A DNA stretch of 64,000 bases from an uncultured Methanosarcinales archaeon (GCA_964544335.1 CAZJAJ010000003.1:11589-75588), one strand, 5' to 3'; numbered from the stretch's first letter, positions 1 to 9,793 are shown. Notes: generated by a model not told the origin, from the sequence alone. Program-made: numbers and translations.

Positions 1-558
1 TGCATCAATTATCTTTTCATATGTTTGAGCGATGGTGTTTAGTGATTCTTCATCCATTCCAGAGACTACTTTGATTATTTTTTCAACAGTGTGGTTTTTA
101 TCTCCAGGGTTTATACGTTCTGGAGAGTATCCTACTTTGAAATCAGTTCCGCACTGTAGATTAGATTCTTTTTCAAGAATTGGGACACAATCTTCTTCTG
201 TGCATCCAGGATATACTGTTGATTCAAATACTACGATTGAACCTTTTTTTAGATGTTTCCCTACCGTTGTTGATGCACCAAGAAGTGGTTTAAGGTTTGG
301 ATTTTTTGATTGATCAATAGGTGTTGGGACTGCAACAATGATGAAATCTGATTCTGAAATAATTGATGGATCTGATGAGTATGTGATTTGTGTTTTTTCA
401 AGTTCTTCTTTTGTTACTTCATTGGTTCTATCATGTCCTTCTTTGAGTTCTTGTATACGTTTTTCATTAATGTCAAAGGCATTTACTGGCTCTTTTAGAC
501 CAAACTTTACCGCAAGGGGAAGACCTACATATCCTAGTCCTACAATACAAATTTTCAT
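1..558 (-). CDS. nucleotide-sugar dehydrogenase (UDP-glucose/GDP-mannose dehydrogenase family, WbpO/TviB-like), partial, runs off window start
   Basis: Manual translation: starts MKICIVGLGYVGLPLAVKFG (Rossmann motif); also VFESTVYPG and GYSPERINPGD. Not in ORF track because there is no stop in the window. Confidence 0.9.
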   Translation of the reverse strand, partial: MKICIVGLGYVGLPLAVKFGLKEPVNAFDINEKRIQELKEGHDRTNEVTKEELEKTQITYSSDPSIISESDFIIVAVPTPIDQSKNPNLKPLLGASTTVGKHLKKGSIVVFESTVYPGCTEEDCVPILEKESNLQCGTDFKVGYSPERINPGDKNHTVEKIIKVVSGMDEESLNTIAQTYEKIIDA

Positions 559-667
559 GGGTTAAGGTCATCTAGAGAGTTTATATAGTTTATGCATTCT
601 TTCTCGTGTATACGTTGCTGTATTGTACTTCCACAAGTTTTATATGGTATCATGGATGCCTTTTCTC

Positions 668-2470
668 ATGAACATATCATGGAAAGATGAAGCAAAATGT
701 ATTGACTGGGAAATATTTCCAGATAAAATTGATGAGAGTGATTTTTCATCAGGTAGCGTGAAGTGGTTTTCTGATGGTACATTGAATGTTTCATATAATT
801 GTATTGATAGACATCTTCCTGCTAAAAAAGATGTTGTTGCGATTCATTGGGAAGGAGATAATCCATCTAATAGTAGAGAGATTACCTATGGTGAATTATC
901 TGCTGAAGTAAACAGACTTGCTAATGCGCTTAATCAATATGTTTCTTGCGGCGATAGGGTTATTATTTACATGCCTATGATTCCTGAAGCAATTTATGCT
1001 ATGCAGGCGTGTGCACGCATTGGCGCTGTGCATTCTGTTGTCTTTGGTGGTTTTTCTTCAGAAAGTTTACTTAAGCGAATTACGGATTGTGATGCTAAAT
1101 TGGTCATTACTGCTGATGGTGGTTTTCGTGGTGGTAAAATTGTTTCTTTAAAGAAAGAGGTTGATGCTATTATTGATCAAACATCTGTTCAGACTGTTCT
1201 TTGTGTGAAAAATACTGGTGAGAATGTTGAGTGGGGGCAGAGAGATGTGTGGTATCATGATGCTGTTGCTGATATGCCTATTTCTTGTGATCCTGTAATT
1301 ATGAATGCAGAGGATCCGTTGTTTATTTTGTACACATCAGGTTCTACTGGAACACCAAAAGGAATTGTTCATTCAAGTGGTGGATATATTGTGTATGCCA
1401 ATTATACGTTTAGAACCGTTTTTGATTACAAAAAAGGTGATGTGTTTTGGTGCATTGCAGATGTTGGTTGGATTACTGGTCATTCTTATGTTGTGTATGG
1501 TCCTTTAAGTGCTGGTGCAACCATTGTGATGCATGAAGGAACGCCTTTTTATCCAACTCCTTCACGACATTTTGAGATTATTGAAAAGCACAAGGTGAGT
1601 GTGTATTATACTGCACCAACTGCAATTCGTGCAATGATTCGAGAGGGTGATGAGTTTGTATCTAAGCATGATTTGAGTTCTCTTCGTTTGCTTGGCAGTG
1701 TTGGAGAGCCACTCAATCCAAAAGCGTGGAAATGGTATTTTGAAAAGGTCGGTAGAGGGAAGTGTCGTATTATGGATACGTGGTGGCAAACAGAAACAGG
1801 TGGCATTATGCTTGCTCCACTTGAGACGCAAGAGCCTGGTTTTGTAGGAGGTCCTTTACCTGGTATTACTCCTGTTGTGTTTAATGAGAGCGATGATGAG
1901 TGCAATAAAGGCATGCTATGTTTTAGTTCTAGTTGGCCAGGTCAAGCACGAACTATCCATGGAAATCATGAGCGTTTTGTTACAACGTATTTTGAAAAAT
2001 ATCCAGGATATTATTATCCTGCAGATGAGTGTGAAATTGTTGATGGAAACTATAAGATCATAGGTCGTGTTGATGATATGCTTAATGTGAGTGGTCATTT
2101 GCTTGGTACTGCAGAAATTGAGAGCGCACTGGTTGCTCATCCTGCAGTTGCGGAAGCTGCTGTTGTTGGTTGTCTTGATTCACTTAGAGGAGAGGGTATT
2201 TATGCGTTTGTTAATTTGAAACAAGGATTTTCTGGCAGTAGTGAATTAGTTGATGAATTAAGAGGATTTGTTGGCTCTTCTCTTGGTCCTATTGCAAAAC
2301 CACATGAAATTCAATTTGTTGAAGGCCTTCCTAAAACACGTTCTGGAAAGATTATGAGACGGATTTTGAAGAAGATTGTTGCAGACAGTAGTGACTTTGG
2401 AGATGTGTCTACACTTGCTGATGCGAGTGTTGTTGATGCTATTGAGAAAGGGTTTAGAGATCTACAGTGA
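668..2470 (+). CDS. acs: acetyl-CoA synthetase (AMP-forming)
   Basis: YTSGSTGTPKG, DTWWQTETGG, GRVDD and LPKTRSGKIMRR motifs; ATG 668 chosen downstream of a TATA-like element. Confidence 0.95.
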   Translation: MNISWKDEAKCIDWEIFPDKIDESDFSSGSVKWFSDGTLNVSYNCIDRHLPAKKDVVAIHWEGDNPSNSREITYGELSAEVNRLANALNQYVSCGDRVIIYMPMIPEAIYAMQACARIGAVHSVVFGGFSSESLLKRITDCDAKLVITADGGFRGGKIVSLKKEVDAIIDQTSVQTVLCVKNTGENVEWGQRDVWYHDAVADMPISCDPVIMNAEDPLFILYTSGSTGTPKGIVHSSGGYIVYANYTFRTVFDYKKGDVFWCIADVGWITGHSYVVYGPLSAGATIVMHEGTPFYPTPSRHFEIIEKHKVSVYYTAPTAIRAMIREGDEFVSKHDLSSLRLLGSVGEPLNPKAWKWYFEKVGRGKCRIMDTWWQTETGGIMLAPLETQEPGFVGGPLPGITPVVFNESDDECNKGMLCFSSSWPGQARTIHGNHERFVTTYFEKYPGYYYPADECEIVDGNYKIIGRVDDMLNVSGHLLGTAEIESALVAHPAVAEAAVVGCLDSLRGEGIYAFVNLKQGFSGSSELVDELRGFVGSSLGPIAKPHEIQFVEGLPKTRSGKIMRRILKKIVADSSDFGDVSTLADASVVDAIEKGFRDLQ

Positions 2471-2479
2471 TGCCGTAAA

Positions 2480-2956
2480 TTATCTACCATAACTACAGTA
2501 CTCTCTCCACGGAAATAACACATATTTTCTAAATGGTCTTGATGTAACTGTTGCAATACCTGCTGCTGCAATTGATGCTTTTACAATTTGTTTAGATGAT
2601 GCACCATTTGCATATAGAATTCCTGCGTATACTGGTGCATAGTTTAAAATCATTGATGAAGTGTCTATTGCCCACGCTTTTGCACCACCATTTTTTGGAT
2701 CAACGTGTAGTTTATTGCATAAGTAGTCAGCTGTTTTTGTGTATCCTCTAGCACACACAGAATCTACAGCAAGTGACATCAGTCTTGATTTTAGAATTTG
2801 TTCTGCTGAAAGTCCGGTTAGTGCCTCCATAGTTGCTAGTAAAGGCGTAAATGTTGCTGCTTTTGCTGAGGTATCAATTGCCCAATTTTTTACAAAAGAT
2901 CCAGACGAAGATGTTTCTGTGTCTAATTTTGATTCTAAACCAGTCTTATTATTCAT
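2480..2956 (-). CDS. L-alanine exporter AlaE (DUF1144)-like membrane protein
   Basis: Internal repeat (WAIDT twice); the segments GLSAEQILKSRL and PVYAGILYANGASSKQI resemble AlaE/YgaW. Confidence 0.6.
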   Translation of the reverse strand: MNNKTGLESKLDTETSSSGSFVKNWAIDTSAKAATFTPLLATMEALTGLSAEQILKSRLMSLAVDSVCARGYTKTADYLCNKLHVDPKNGGAKAWAIDTSSMILNYAPVYAGILYANGASSKQIVKASIAAAGIATVTSRPFRKYVLFPWREYCSYGR

Positions 2957-2990
2957 ATGAAAGGGTAATGCAGATTATAAGATAAAGGAG

Positions 2991-3008
2991 TGTCCACCAA
3001 AATGGACA
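2991..3008. promoter_or_regulatory. inverted repeat TGTCCA-N6-TGGACA, candidate TrmB operator
   Basis: Perfect 6-bp inverted repeat between the two TATA-like boxes of the alaE-like/TrmB divergent pair. Confidence 0.45.
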
Positions 3009-3040
3009 ACATTTTTAAAGAATGATGTCTTTGCCCATGT

Positions 3041-3769
3041 ATGAACCATAAAAGTGCTTTGAGAGAGTTTGGACTTTCAGAAAAAGAGATTGGCGTATAT
3101 CTTGCACTACTTCCTCTTGGAACAGTGAGTCTACAGCGAGTAGTAAAAAAGTTAGAGTATCCAAGAACAACAGTATATAATACAATCAACCAACTTATTG
3201 AGAAAGGACTTGTTTCTAAAATTGAAATAAAAGGAGTTAGTAATTTTACTGCAGCAGATCCTGAAAAACTATCCAAAAAATTACAAGAAAAAAAAGATCT
3301 CATTGATGCAATTCTTCCTGATTTAAAAGAACTTAAAGCAAATATAAAAGATATTTCTTCAGTTGAGATTTATGAAGGATTTAAAGGAGTATATACTCTT
3401 CTAACAGATGTATTTGCAAAGAAACAGCAGACATACTATTTTGGAGGATATGCTGGTGCTTTAGAAATTCTTAAACACATCCCTAATCACGCACGAATGA
3501 TGAGGCTTGAGAAAAAAATTCCTGCTAAAATAGTAATTGCTCCTCTAGATGAAGAAATATTTCATGATAAACAATATCAAAAATTAACCAAAATGCGATT
3601 TTTAGACTCAATGAAAGATTTTCCTGTAATGATTTTGCTCTATGGCAACAATACTGCAATTCACACTGTTAAAGGAGATTTAATAGGGATAATCATAAGG
3701 AATAAAGAAGTTACCCAAGCAATGAAAATAATTTTTAATATGTATTGGAGTATGGGAAGTTCTGCATAA
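3041..3769 (+). CDS. TrmB-family transcriptional regulator
   Basis: N-terminal LREFGLSEKEIGVYLALL wHTH, PRTTVY, EIYEGFKGV linker, C-terminal effector domain. Confidence 0.9.
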   Translation: MNHKSALREFGLSEKEIGVYLALLPLGTVSLQRVVKKLEYPRTTVYNTINQLIEKGLVSKIEIKGVSNFTAADPEKLSKKLQEKKDLIDAILPDLKELKANIKDISSVEIYEGFKGVYTLLTDVFAKKQQTYYFGGYAGALEILKHIPNHARMMRLEKKIPAKIVIAPLDEEIFHDKQYQKLTKMRFLDSMKDFPVMILLYGNNTAIHTVKGDLIGIIIRNKEVTQAMKIIFNMYWSMGSSA

Positions 3770-3776
3770 AAATTAT

Positions 3777-4835
3777 TTAGAGATCGACAGTGATGGTTTG
3801 ATTCTTGGTGTTGACGTTCTTTACTAGTTCGTGATCTTTGAGGTGTTCTTTAATTTCTTCCCAAGAATGGTTTTCTCTTGCTTTTGTAAGATTGTCAAGC
3901 AGGGTTCGCAGTTTTGCGTATTGTTCGTAAATGAGTTCTCCCTTACGTTGATTTTTATCTGCTTGTGCTTCTAGTTTTTTGATAGTTTCTTCTTGGACTT
4001 TTATGATGTTGAGTATTTTCTCTTCTTCTCTATAGTAGGCTGCAAAGTCTCTTTTTTCTTGCTCTTCAATGAGTTGTTTGTTGATGTTGTCTGCAACTAT
4101 TTCGCCAAATGATTTTTCTATGTCTTCTGAACCTTCTACATGGAAAGGAATTGGTCTATTATTATAGAGTGAAGGTTTTGGATCTTTGGTAAATATAGAC
4201 TGTACCTTTTCATAGAGTGTTTCTGCTTCTTTTGCCGAGTAGTCGTTTGCCAGTCTCTTTTTGTCTTCTGATTCAAGTAGGAGTTCTGCATAAAATCCTG
4301 CAAGACCAAATGTTTTTGCAAGCACTTTTACTATTTGTTCATCATGTTCCTTGAGTGTTTGTTTGAATTGTGATTGAGAGATGATTTTTGTGTTGATGTC
4401 TTTTTGTGGTGGAGTGTATGTTTTTTCTTTGAGTCGATTAAGTGATGCAAGAACAGCGTAGTTGTCATCTTGCATAGTTGTAAGCACAATATTTCCTTTC
4501 CCAAATAACTCAATGAAAAGATGGTATTCGTTTTCTTTCTCTAGCACTAGGTGTAGAACACGTTCGAATCCTAGCTGTTCTATTACTCTAAGGCGTGCTC
4601 CTTTGATGTGTTTTCGAAGCGCCATGCAAAATCCTTTTGGAAGGCCTTGTTCTTCTTTGAAATCCGTTAGGAAAATAGAGTGCTTGGTGATTCGCATGAT
4701 CTTTTTTCCTTGATTTGGAATGTGAAATCGAATGAGTACATCTTTAGTTGGTTGATATATTTGGTCAATTTTTGCTTTTTCAAGGTCCCATTCTTTTAAG
4801 AGATAATGCAGGTCAAGTGCGGTGATTTCTTTCAT
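3777..4835 (-). CDS. ribosome quality-control Rqc2/NEMF (NFACT) protein, N-terminal half only
   Basis: NFACT-N motifs FCMALRKHIKGA, QLGFERV and IELFGKGNIVL, then a coiled coil with KGELIY; no NFACT-R domain. Confidence 0.8.
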   Translation of the reverse strand: MKEITALDLHYLLKEWDLEKAKIDQIYQPTKDVLIRFHIPNQGKKIMRITKHSIFLTDFKEEQGLPKGFCMALRKHIKGARLRVIEQLGFERVLHLVLEKENEYHLFIELFGKGNIVLTTMQDDNYAVLASLNRLKEKTYTPPQKDINTKIISQSQFKQTLKEHDEQIVKVLAKTFGLAGFYAELLLESEDKKRLANDYSAKEAETLYEKVQSIFTKDPKPSLYNNRPIPFHVEGSEDIEKSFGEIVADNINKQLIEEQEKRDFAAYYREEEKILNIIKVQEETIKKLEAQADKNQRKGELIYEQYAKLRTLLDNLTKARENHSWEEIKEHLKDHELVKNVNTKNQTITVDL

Positions 4836-4908
4836 GGATCTTGGAGAGATGATGAGTATTTAAATGTAGTTGGAGAAGTTTTAAAAGGCAGGGAATTTTA
4901 TAGTGTGT

Positions 4909-5370
4909 ATGGGATGCGATATGTGTGGAAGCAGTGGACAATTGTATACAGCAAAGATAGAAGGCGCTATTATGAAGGTATGCAATGGCTGCAAACAATA
5001 TGGTACTGTTCTTGATACTCCACGTTCTAGTAAACCGGTATTTAAACGACGTCCTCAAAAACCACAATTTAGAGAGGAAGAAAGTACTGATAGAATTGTA
5101 TCTGATTTTGATGAGGTCATTAAGAGTGCTCGTCAAAAGAAAGGTATTGACATTGAGAAGTTTGCTAAGAGTTTGCATGAGAAAGAGAGTCTCTTAAAAC
5201 ATATTGAATCTGGCAAATTTAAACCTTCATTTAAGGTTGCAAAAAAGCTTGAGAAGGCACTTGATATTCTCTTAATTGAATCTGAGATAGGTGGTAACGA
5301 AATTCCTACTGCTCAACATTCTGGTGGCATGACCATTGGAGATATGATTAAGATTAAAAAGAAGGAATAA
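4909..5370 (+). CDS. archaeal multiprotein bridging factor aMBF1
   Basis: CxxC...CxxC Zn ribbon, HTH (IESGKFKP), C-terminal TIGDMI motif. Confidence 0.9.
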   Translation: MGCDMCGSSGQLYTAKIEGAIMKVCNGCKQYGTVLDTPRSSKPVFKRRPQKPQFREEESTDRIVSDFDEVIKSARQKKGIDIEKFAKSLHEKESLLKHIESGKFKPSFKVAKKLEKALDILLIESEIGGNEIPTAQHSGGMTIGDMIKIKKKE

Positions 5371-6232
5371 TGTAGATTATAATTGTGGTTATTATTGCCC
5401 AAATCACCAATGAGGTGAGCAATTGTGGGTTTATTATTGCATGTGAGAGTTCTCTTCCCATGATGTGTCCTTCGTTTACATTCTTTGTAAAATAAATGAT
5501 TGCATAAAGAACTACTGGAATGGTTATTGCTAGTTGTGGGTAGGGTGAGAAGAGGGTGTAGAGTGCATAGAATCCTAGCACAAGTGTTGTTGAGATGGTG
5601 AAGAGAAACTGTGTTGTGTGATCATCGTATCCTTCTAGTGTGGTGTTAAATTCTTTTGCATTTGTTTTTAGGAGAAGGAGATTTGATCTTCGTTTTGCTG
5701 CAACAAGAAACACTGCAAGGAAGAATGGTACGAGTATGAGCCAAGGCGATATTTGGATTATGTTGTTTGGAATTGATGCAAATGCTCCACTTACTGCTCG
5801 TAGTACAAAGAGTATTGCAATGATAATTATGTCAAGGAAAAGTACATGTTTGAATATAAGTGAGTAGATGTTGGTTATAATGAAGTATGCGATGATGAAT
5901 AATGTGAATGTGGTGTCTAGCGTGAAAGCGAGAAACACTGCGGTGCATAAAAGGAGCAGTGAGGTAAGTATTGCAGTATTTATGGATACAGCGCCACTTG
6001 CAATTGGTCGTTTTCTTTTTTCTGGATGTGTTCTATCTTTTTGTAGATCATGAATGTCGTTTATGATGTATCCAGATGATGCAACCATGCAAAGACTGAT
6101 GCATGCAAGGAGTGTTCTTAGTAGTACATTTGGTGTGAAGAGTAATCCTGCAAAGACTACTGGCATGAATACGAGGACATTTTTGTAATATTGATGTACT
6201 CTTATTAGTCGTAATAGATTCCCCCACGTCAT
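5354..6232 (-). CDS. UbiA-family prenyltransferase (decaprenyl-phosphate phosphoribosyltransferase-like)
   Basis: YIINDIHDLQKDRTHPEKRKRPIASG motif; multiple TM segments. Confidence 0.85.
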   Translation of the reverse strand: MTWGNLLRLIRVHQYYKNVLVFMPVVFAGLLFTPNVLLRTLLACISLCMVASSGYIINDIHDLQKDRTHPEKRKRPIASGAVSINTAILTSLLLLCTAVFLAFTLDTTFTLFIIAYFIITNIYSLIFKHVLFLDIIIIAILFVLRAVSGAFASIPNNIIQISPWLILVPFFLAVFLVAAKRRSNLLLLKTNAKEFNTTLEGYDDHTTQFLFTISTTLVLGFYALYTLFSPYPQLAITIPVVLYAIIYFTKNVNEGHIMGRELSHAIINPQLLTSLVIWAIITTIIIYIIPSF

Positions 6233-6262
6233 GAGATGAATAGAAAAAGTGTATTAAAAAAG

Positions 6263-6682
6263 TTATTTGGTTTTCTTACTATAGGTAGTGGTAATGGCAA
6301 TGATTTCGCCCATCACCCACATGCCATCGACGATGAGTAGGTTCTTTGTTTTTTCCATGAAGAAGAGAATGATAGTAAGAATTGGTATGCCAATTGATGC
6401 GGAGAGCGTTGCTGCTTCTTTTGTGAGTAATGAGAGAATTGGAAGGTCTGTAGTAAGTAGTGAGATAAATGAGATATAGATGAGCAGGATACAAGTAATT
6501 TCTACTGCAAGAATGATGCGATGATATTTTTTTAATTGTTTGAACATTGCTGTTTTTTCTTTGATGGTTTTTTGAGCATGTTTTGGTAATTGTTGTATTT
6601 TTTCTTCATAATCTAGAAATCTGAGCTCCATTCTTGAGAGTCTATTTGGAGAGATTTTGTAGAGATTCTTTCTAATGTCCAT
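6263..6682 (-). CDS. hypothetical membrane protein
   Basis: 139-aa ORF with two hydrophobic segments, fills the gap, TATA-like element upstream. Confidence 0.65.
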   Translation of the reverse strand: MDIRKNLYKISPNRLSRMELRFLDYEEKIQQLPKHAQKTIKEKTAMFKQLKKYHRIILAVEITCILLIYISFISLLTTDLPILSLLTKEAATLSASIGIPILTIILFFMEKTKNLLIVDGMWVMGEIIAITTTYSKKTK

Positions 6683-6757
6683 GGCATGTGTTTGTTTTTA
6701 TAGTATTTAAATTATACCCAGAGAACCTTTAAAAAGATTGTATTATCTTGTGTGTGT

Positions 6758-8509
6758 ATGAGTAAGCGAATTGCTGTAGTTGATAATAATAAGCTCAAGG
6801 ATATGGATAAGAAAAAGCATATTGCTAGTCTTTGCCCTATTAATCGGGGGGGAAGCGAGTGTATGTACTTTGATGGAAGTAGCCTTCTTATTGACGAGAA
6901 CTTGTGTATTGGTTGCGGTATTTGCTCAAATGTAGCGCCTGAATCTATTAAAATTATCAATTTACCTTCACATCTACAGCAAGCGCCAATTCATCGATAT
7001 AGCAAGAATGGTTTTGCTTTGTATAATCTTCCTATTCCTGTGTTTGGAAAGGTGGTTGGTATTCTTGGAAGAAATGGTATTGGTAAATCTACTGCCATGA
7101 AGATTCTTGGGGGATTATTTATTCCTAACTTTGGTAACTTTGAAAGAGAAGGTACCTGGGATGATCTCATTGCTCGCTTTAAAGGGAGTGAAGCTCAGCT
7201 CTATTTTGAAAAAGTTAAGGCAGGAGAGATTGTAGTTAGCTATAAGCCGCAGCAAGTTGATCTTATTCCTCAAACGACGTCTGGAACCGTTCGATCCGTT
7301 CTTGAAAAAGTGGATGGTCGTGGTAAGTTTGATGAGATTGTTGAGGCACTTGATCTTTCTCGAGTGCTCGAGAGAGATATTTCAAAACTTTCAGGTGGGG
7401 AACTGCAAAGGCTTGCTATTGCTGCAACAGTACTTAAGGAAGCAAATTTGTATGTGTTTGATGAGCCAACAAGTTTTCTTGATATTAAACAACGTATTCG
7501 TGTTGGAAAGTTCTTACGTTCTCTTGCAAATGAAGATACGGCTGTACTTGTGGTTGAACACGATTTAATTATTCTTGATTATATGACGGATCTTATTCAT
7601 GTGATGTATGGTCGCGAAGCTGCCTATGGGGTGGTGTCACATCCCATGAGCACAAAGAATGGTATCAATGAATATCTTGAAGGATATCTTACTGGAGAAA
7701 ACATGCGATTTAGAGATAAAAAAATCTCTTTTGAGCGGCGACAGGCATTTTCAAAAGGTCTTAGAGAGGCACTTACCTCTTGGGGCGAGTTAAAGAAATC
7801 ACTTGGAAACTTTACCATTAGTACTGCACCTGGAGAGGTGAAGAAAAAAGATGTTGTTGGTGTACTTGGTGAGAATGGTATTGGTAAAACTTCTTTTATC
7901 AAAATGCTTGCTGAAGAGATTACACCAGATAGTGGGGAAGTTGATGAAAAAGTAACGGTTAGTTACAAGCCACAATATATTGATACGACTTCTGAAGAAT
8001 TGGTGGTGAGTGCTCTTGATCATGCTATTAAACATTATGAGGGGCTACTGGTAAAACCACTTAACTTAGAGCCTCTCTTTTATCGTAAGCTCAGTGAGCT
8101 TTCCGGTGGGGAGCTGCAGCGTGTATCTATTGCCATTTGTCTTGCAAAGGAAGCTGATTTGTATTTGATGGACGAGCCATCTGCATACCTTGATGTAGAA
8201 CAGCGTTTGCTCATTTCCAAAGTGCTTCGAGACTTTATGGAACTTAAAGGAAAGACTGCTGTTGTTATTGATCACGATTTACTCTTTATTGATTATTTAT
8301 CAGATAGAATTCTTGTGTTTGAAGGTATTCCTGCACAAGAAGGTATTGCACACGGTCCGTTTGAAATGATAACGGGGATGAATCGATTCCTCAAAGATAT
8401 TGGTCTTACGTTTAGGCGAGATAAAGAGAGTAATAGACCTCGTGCAAACAAAGTTGGTTCTCAAATGGATGAGAAGCAACGTAAAGATAATATGTGGTAT
8501 TATTTGTAG
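6758..8509 (+). CDS. rli: ribosome recycling ATPase ABCE1/RLI
   Basis: Two ABC domains (GRNGIGKS, GENGIGKT, LSGGELQR twice), N-terminal Fe-S domain, TFRRD C-terminus. Confidence 0.97.
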   Translation: MSKRIAVVDNNKLKDMDKKKHIASLCPINRGGSECMYFDGSSLLIDENLCIGCGICSNVAPESIKIINLPSHLQQAPIHRYSKNGFALYNLPIPVFGKVVGILGRNGIGKSTAMKILGGLFIPNFGNFEREGTWDDLIARFKGSEAQLYFEKVKAGEIVVSYKPQQVDLIPQTTSGTVRSVLEKVDGRGKFDEIVEALDLSRVLERDISKLSGGELQRLAIAATVLKEANLYVFDEPTSFLDIKQRIRVGKFLRSLANEDTAVLVVEHDLIILDYMTDLIHVMYGREAAYGVVSHPMSTKNGINEYLEGYLTGENMRFRDKKISFERRQAFSKGLREALTSWGELKKSLGNFTISTAPGEVKKKDVVGVLGENGIGKTSFIKMLAEEITPDSGEVDEKVTVSYKPQYIDTTSEELVVSALDHAIKHYEGLLVKPLNLEPLFYRKLSELSGGELQRVSIAICLAKEADLYLMDEPSAYLDVEQRLLISKVLRDFMELKGKTAVVIDHDLLFIDYLSDRILVFEGIPAQEGIAHGPFEMITGMNRFLKDIGLTFRRDKESNRPRANKVGSQMDEKQRKDNMWYYL

Positions 8510-8517
8510 GAGATATC

Positions 8518-9060
8518 ATGGAACAATTTTTGATTGTTACGTTGCTGAAGGGAAAAGGTAAAAGCATACAGGAAGCACTTATTAAAGATGTGAGTGAGCG
8601 TTTTGGTGTGCATGAATATAGCGATACAAAAATACCTGCACACATCACATTAAAGCAACCGTTTTCTACAAATGATATTTCTTACATGGTTGATTTTCTA
8701 GAGGATTTTTGCAGCAGTGTTCGCTCATTTTCTTATGAGTGTGAGGGCATTGGACATTTTGGTGAGGAAGTGGTGTATATAGATGTTGTAGATCAAGATG
8801 GTCCTTTGCGAGAAGTGTATGATGAACTCCAAAGCGAAATTAAAGCAATGAAGAAAATAGAGATGGGTCCTTTTGATGGAATAGGACATTTTCATGCTTC
8901 AATTGCTTTTAGAGATATTGCAGAGCAATTTGAAGAAATATTACGTTATGTTACTTCTAAAGAAATTTCATTTACACAAGAATTTGATAATATTACACTT
9001 CTTAAGAAAAAGAATGGTGTGTGGAAAATCTATTTAGAAATTAAAATAAAGAAAAAATAA
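8518..9060 (+). CDS. 2H phosphoesterase (2'-5' RNA ligase family)
   Basis: Two HxT/S motifs: PAHITLK and FHASIA. Confidence 0.8.
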   Translation: MEQFLIVTLLKGKGKSIQEALIKDVSERFGVHEYSDTKIPAHITLKQPFSTNDISYMVDFLEDFCSSVRSFSYECEGIGHFGEEVVYIDVVDQDGPLREVYDELQSEIKAMKKIEMGPFDGIGHFHASIAFRDIAEQFEEILRYVTSKEISFTQEFDNITLLKKKNGVWKIYLEIKIKKK

Positions 9061-9067
9061 ATGAGGT

Positions 9068-9793
9068 TTACTCATTTAGTGCTGCTTCAATAGCTGCTTC
9101 AAAGACACTGTATGGTTGTGCTCCTGAAATTTTTACCCCGTTTACAAAGAAACCAGGTGTTCCAGTTACGCCATATTGTTGACCATCGCTAAAGTCTTTT
9201 TGGACTTCTGATGCCATTTCTCCAGAGTCTAGGCAATTATCGAATTCTTCTTGGTCAAGACCAAGCTCTCCAGCCCACGTTTTGTAGTTTGAAACGCTCA
9301 GAGATCCTTGATTTTCAAAGAGCTTATCATGCATGTCATAATATGCATCTTGCTCACCTGCACATTCTGCTGCTTCTGCTGCTTTTTGTGCATTTTGGTG
9401 GAAGCTTAGTGGGAAGTCTCTGTAAACGAGTCGTACTTTTCCTGTATCGATGTAGTTTTCTTCGATTTGACTAAGTGTTTGTGAGTAGAATCGTGCACAG
9501 AATGGACATTCATAGTCACTAAACTCAATGATGGTTACTGGAGCATCAATGTCTCCTTTGATTGCATCATCATCAATGCTCACTTCTACTGGTTCACCGC
9601 TTGGAGCTGGTGCTGTTGGCTGATCTGAGCCACCAGTTGGTGCTGCTGCTACTTCGCCGGATACGACTGCTTCTTTGATCGTGTTTACGTGTACTGCAAT
9701 TACCAGTACAAGTACTACTTGAATAACTGCTAAAATCATCATCCATTTCTGGTGACTACTTTTAGTAGATTTGTGTGTTTGGTGTTGTTCCAT
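9068..9793 (-). CDS. DsbA-family thioredoxin-fold protein, membrane anchored
   Basis: FSDYECPFC and GVTGTPGFFVNG; N-terminal TM helix. Confidence 0.92.
   Translation of the reverse strand: MEQHQTHKSTKSSHQKWMMILAVIQVVLVLVIAVHVNTIKEAVVSGEVAAAPTGGSDQPTAPAPSGEPVEVSIDDDAIKGDIDAPVTIIEFSDYECPFCARFYSQTLSQIEENYIDTGKVRLVYRDFPLSFHQNAQKAAEAAECAGEQDAYYDMHDKLFENQGSLSVSNYKTWAGELGLDQEEFDNCLDSGEMASEVQKDFSDGQQYGVTGTPGFFVNGVKISGAQPYSVFEAAIEAALNE

Noticed and set aside
623..667. Upstream TTG/GTG extensions of ORFs (acs, rio1 to 21044, dnaG from 21256, rps8 from 63389 and others)
   Set aside because: The extensions run over TATA boxes or neighbouring genes; downstream ATGs match the family N-termini.
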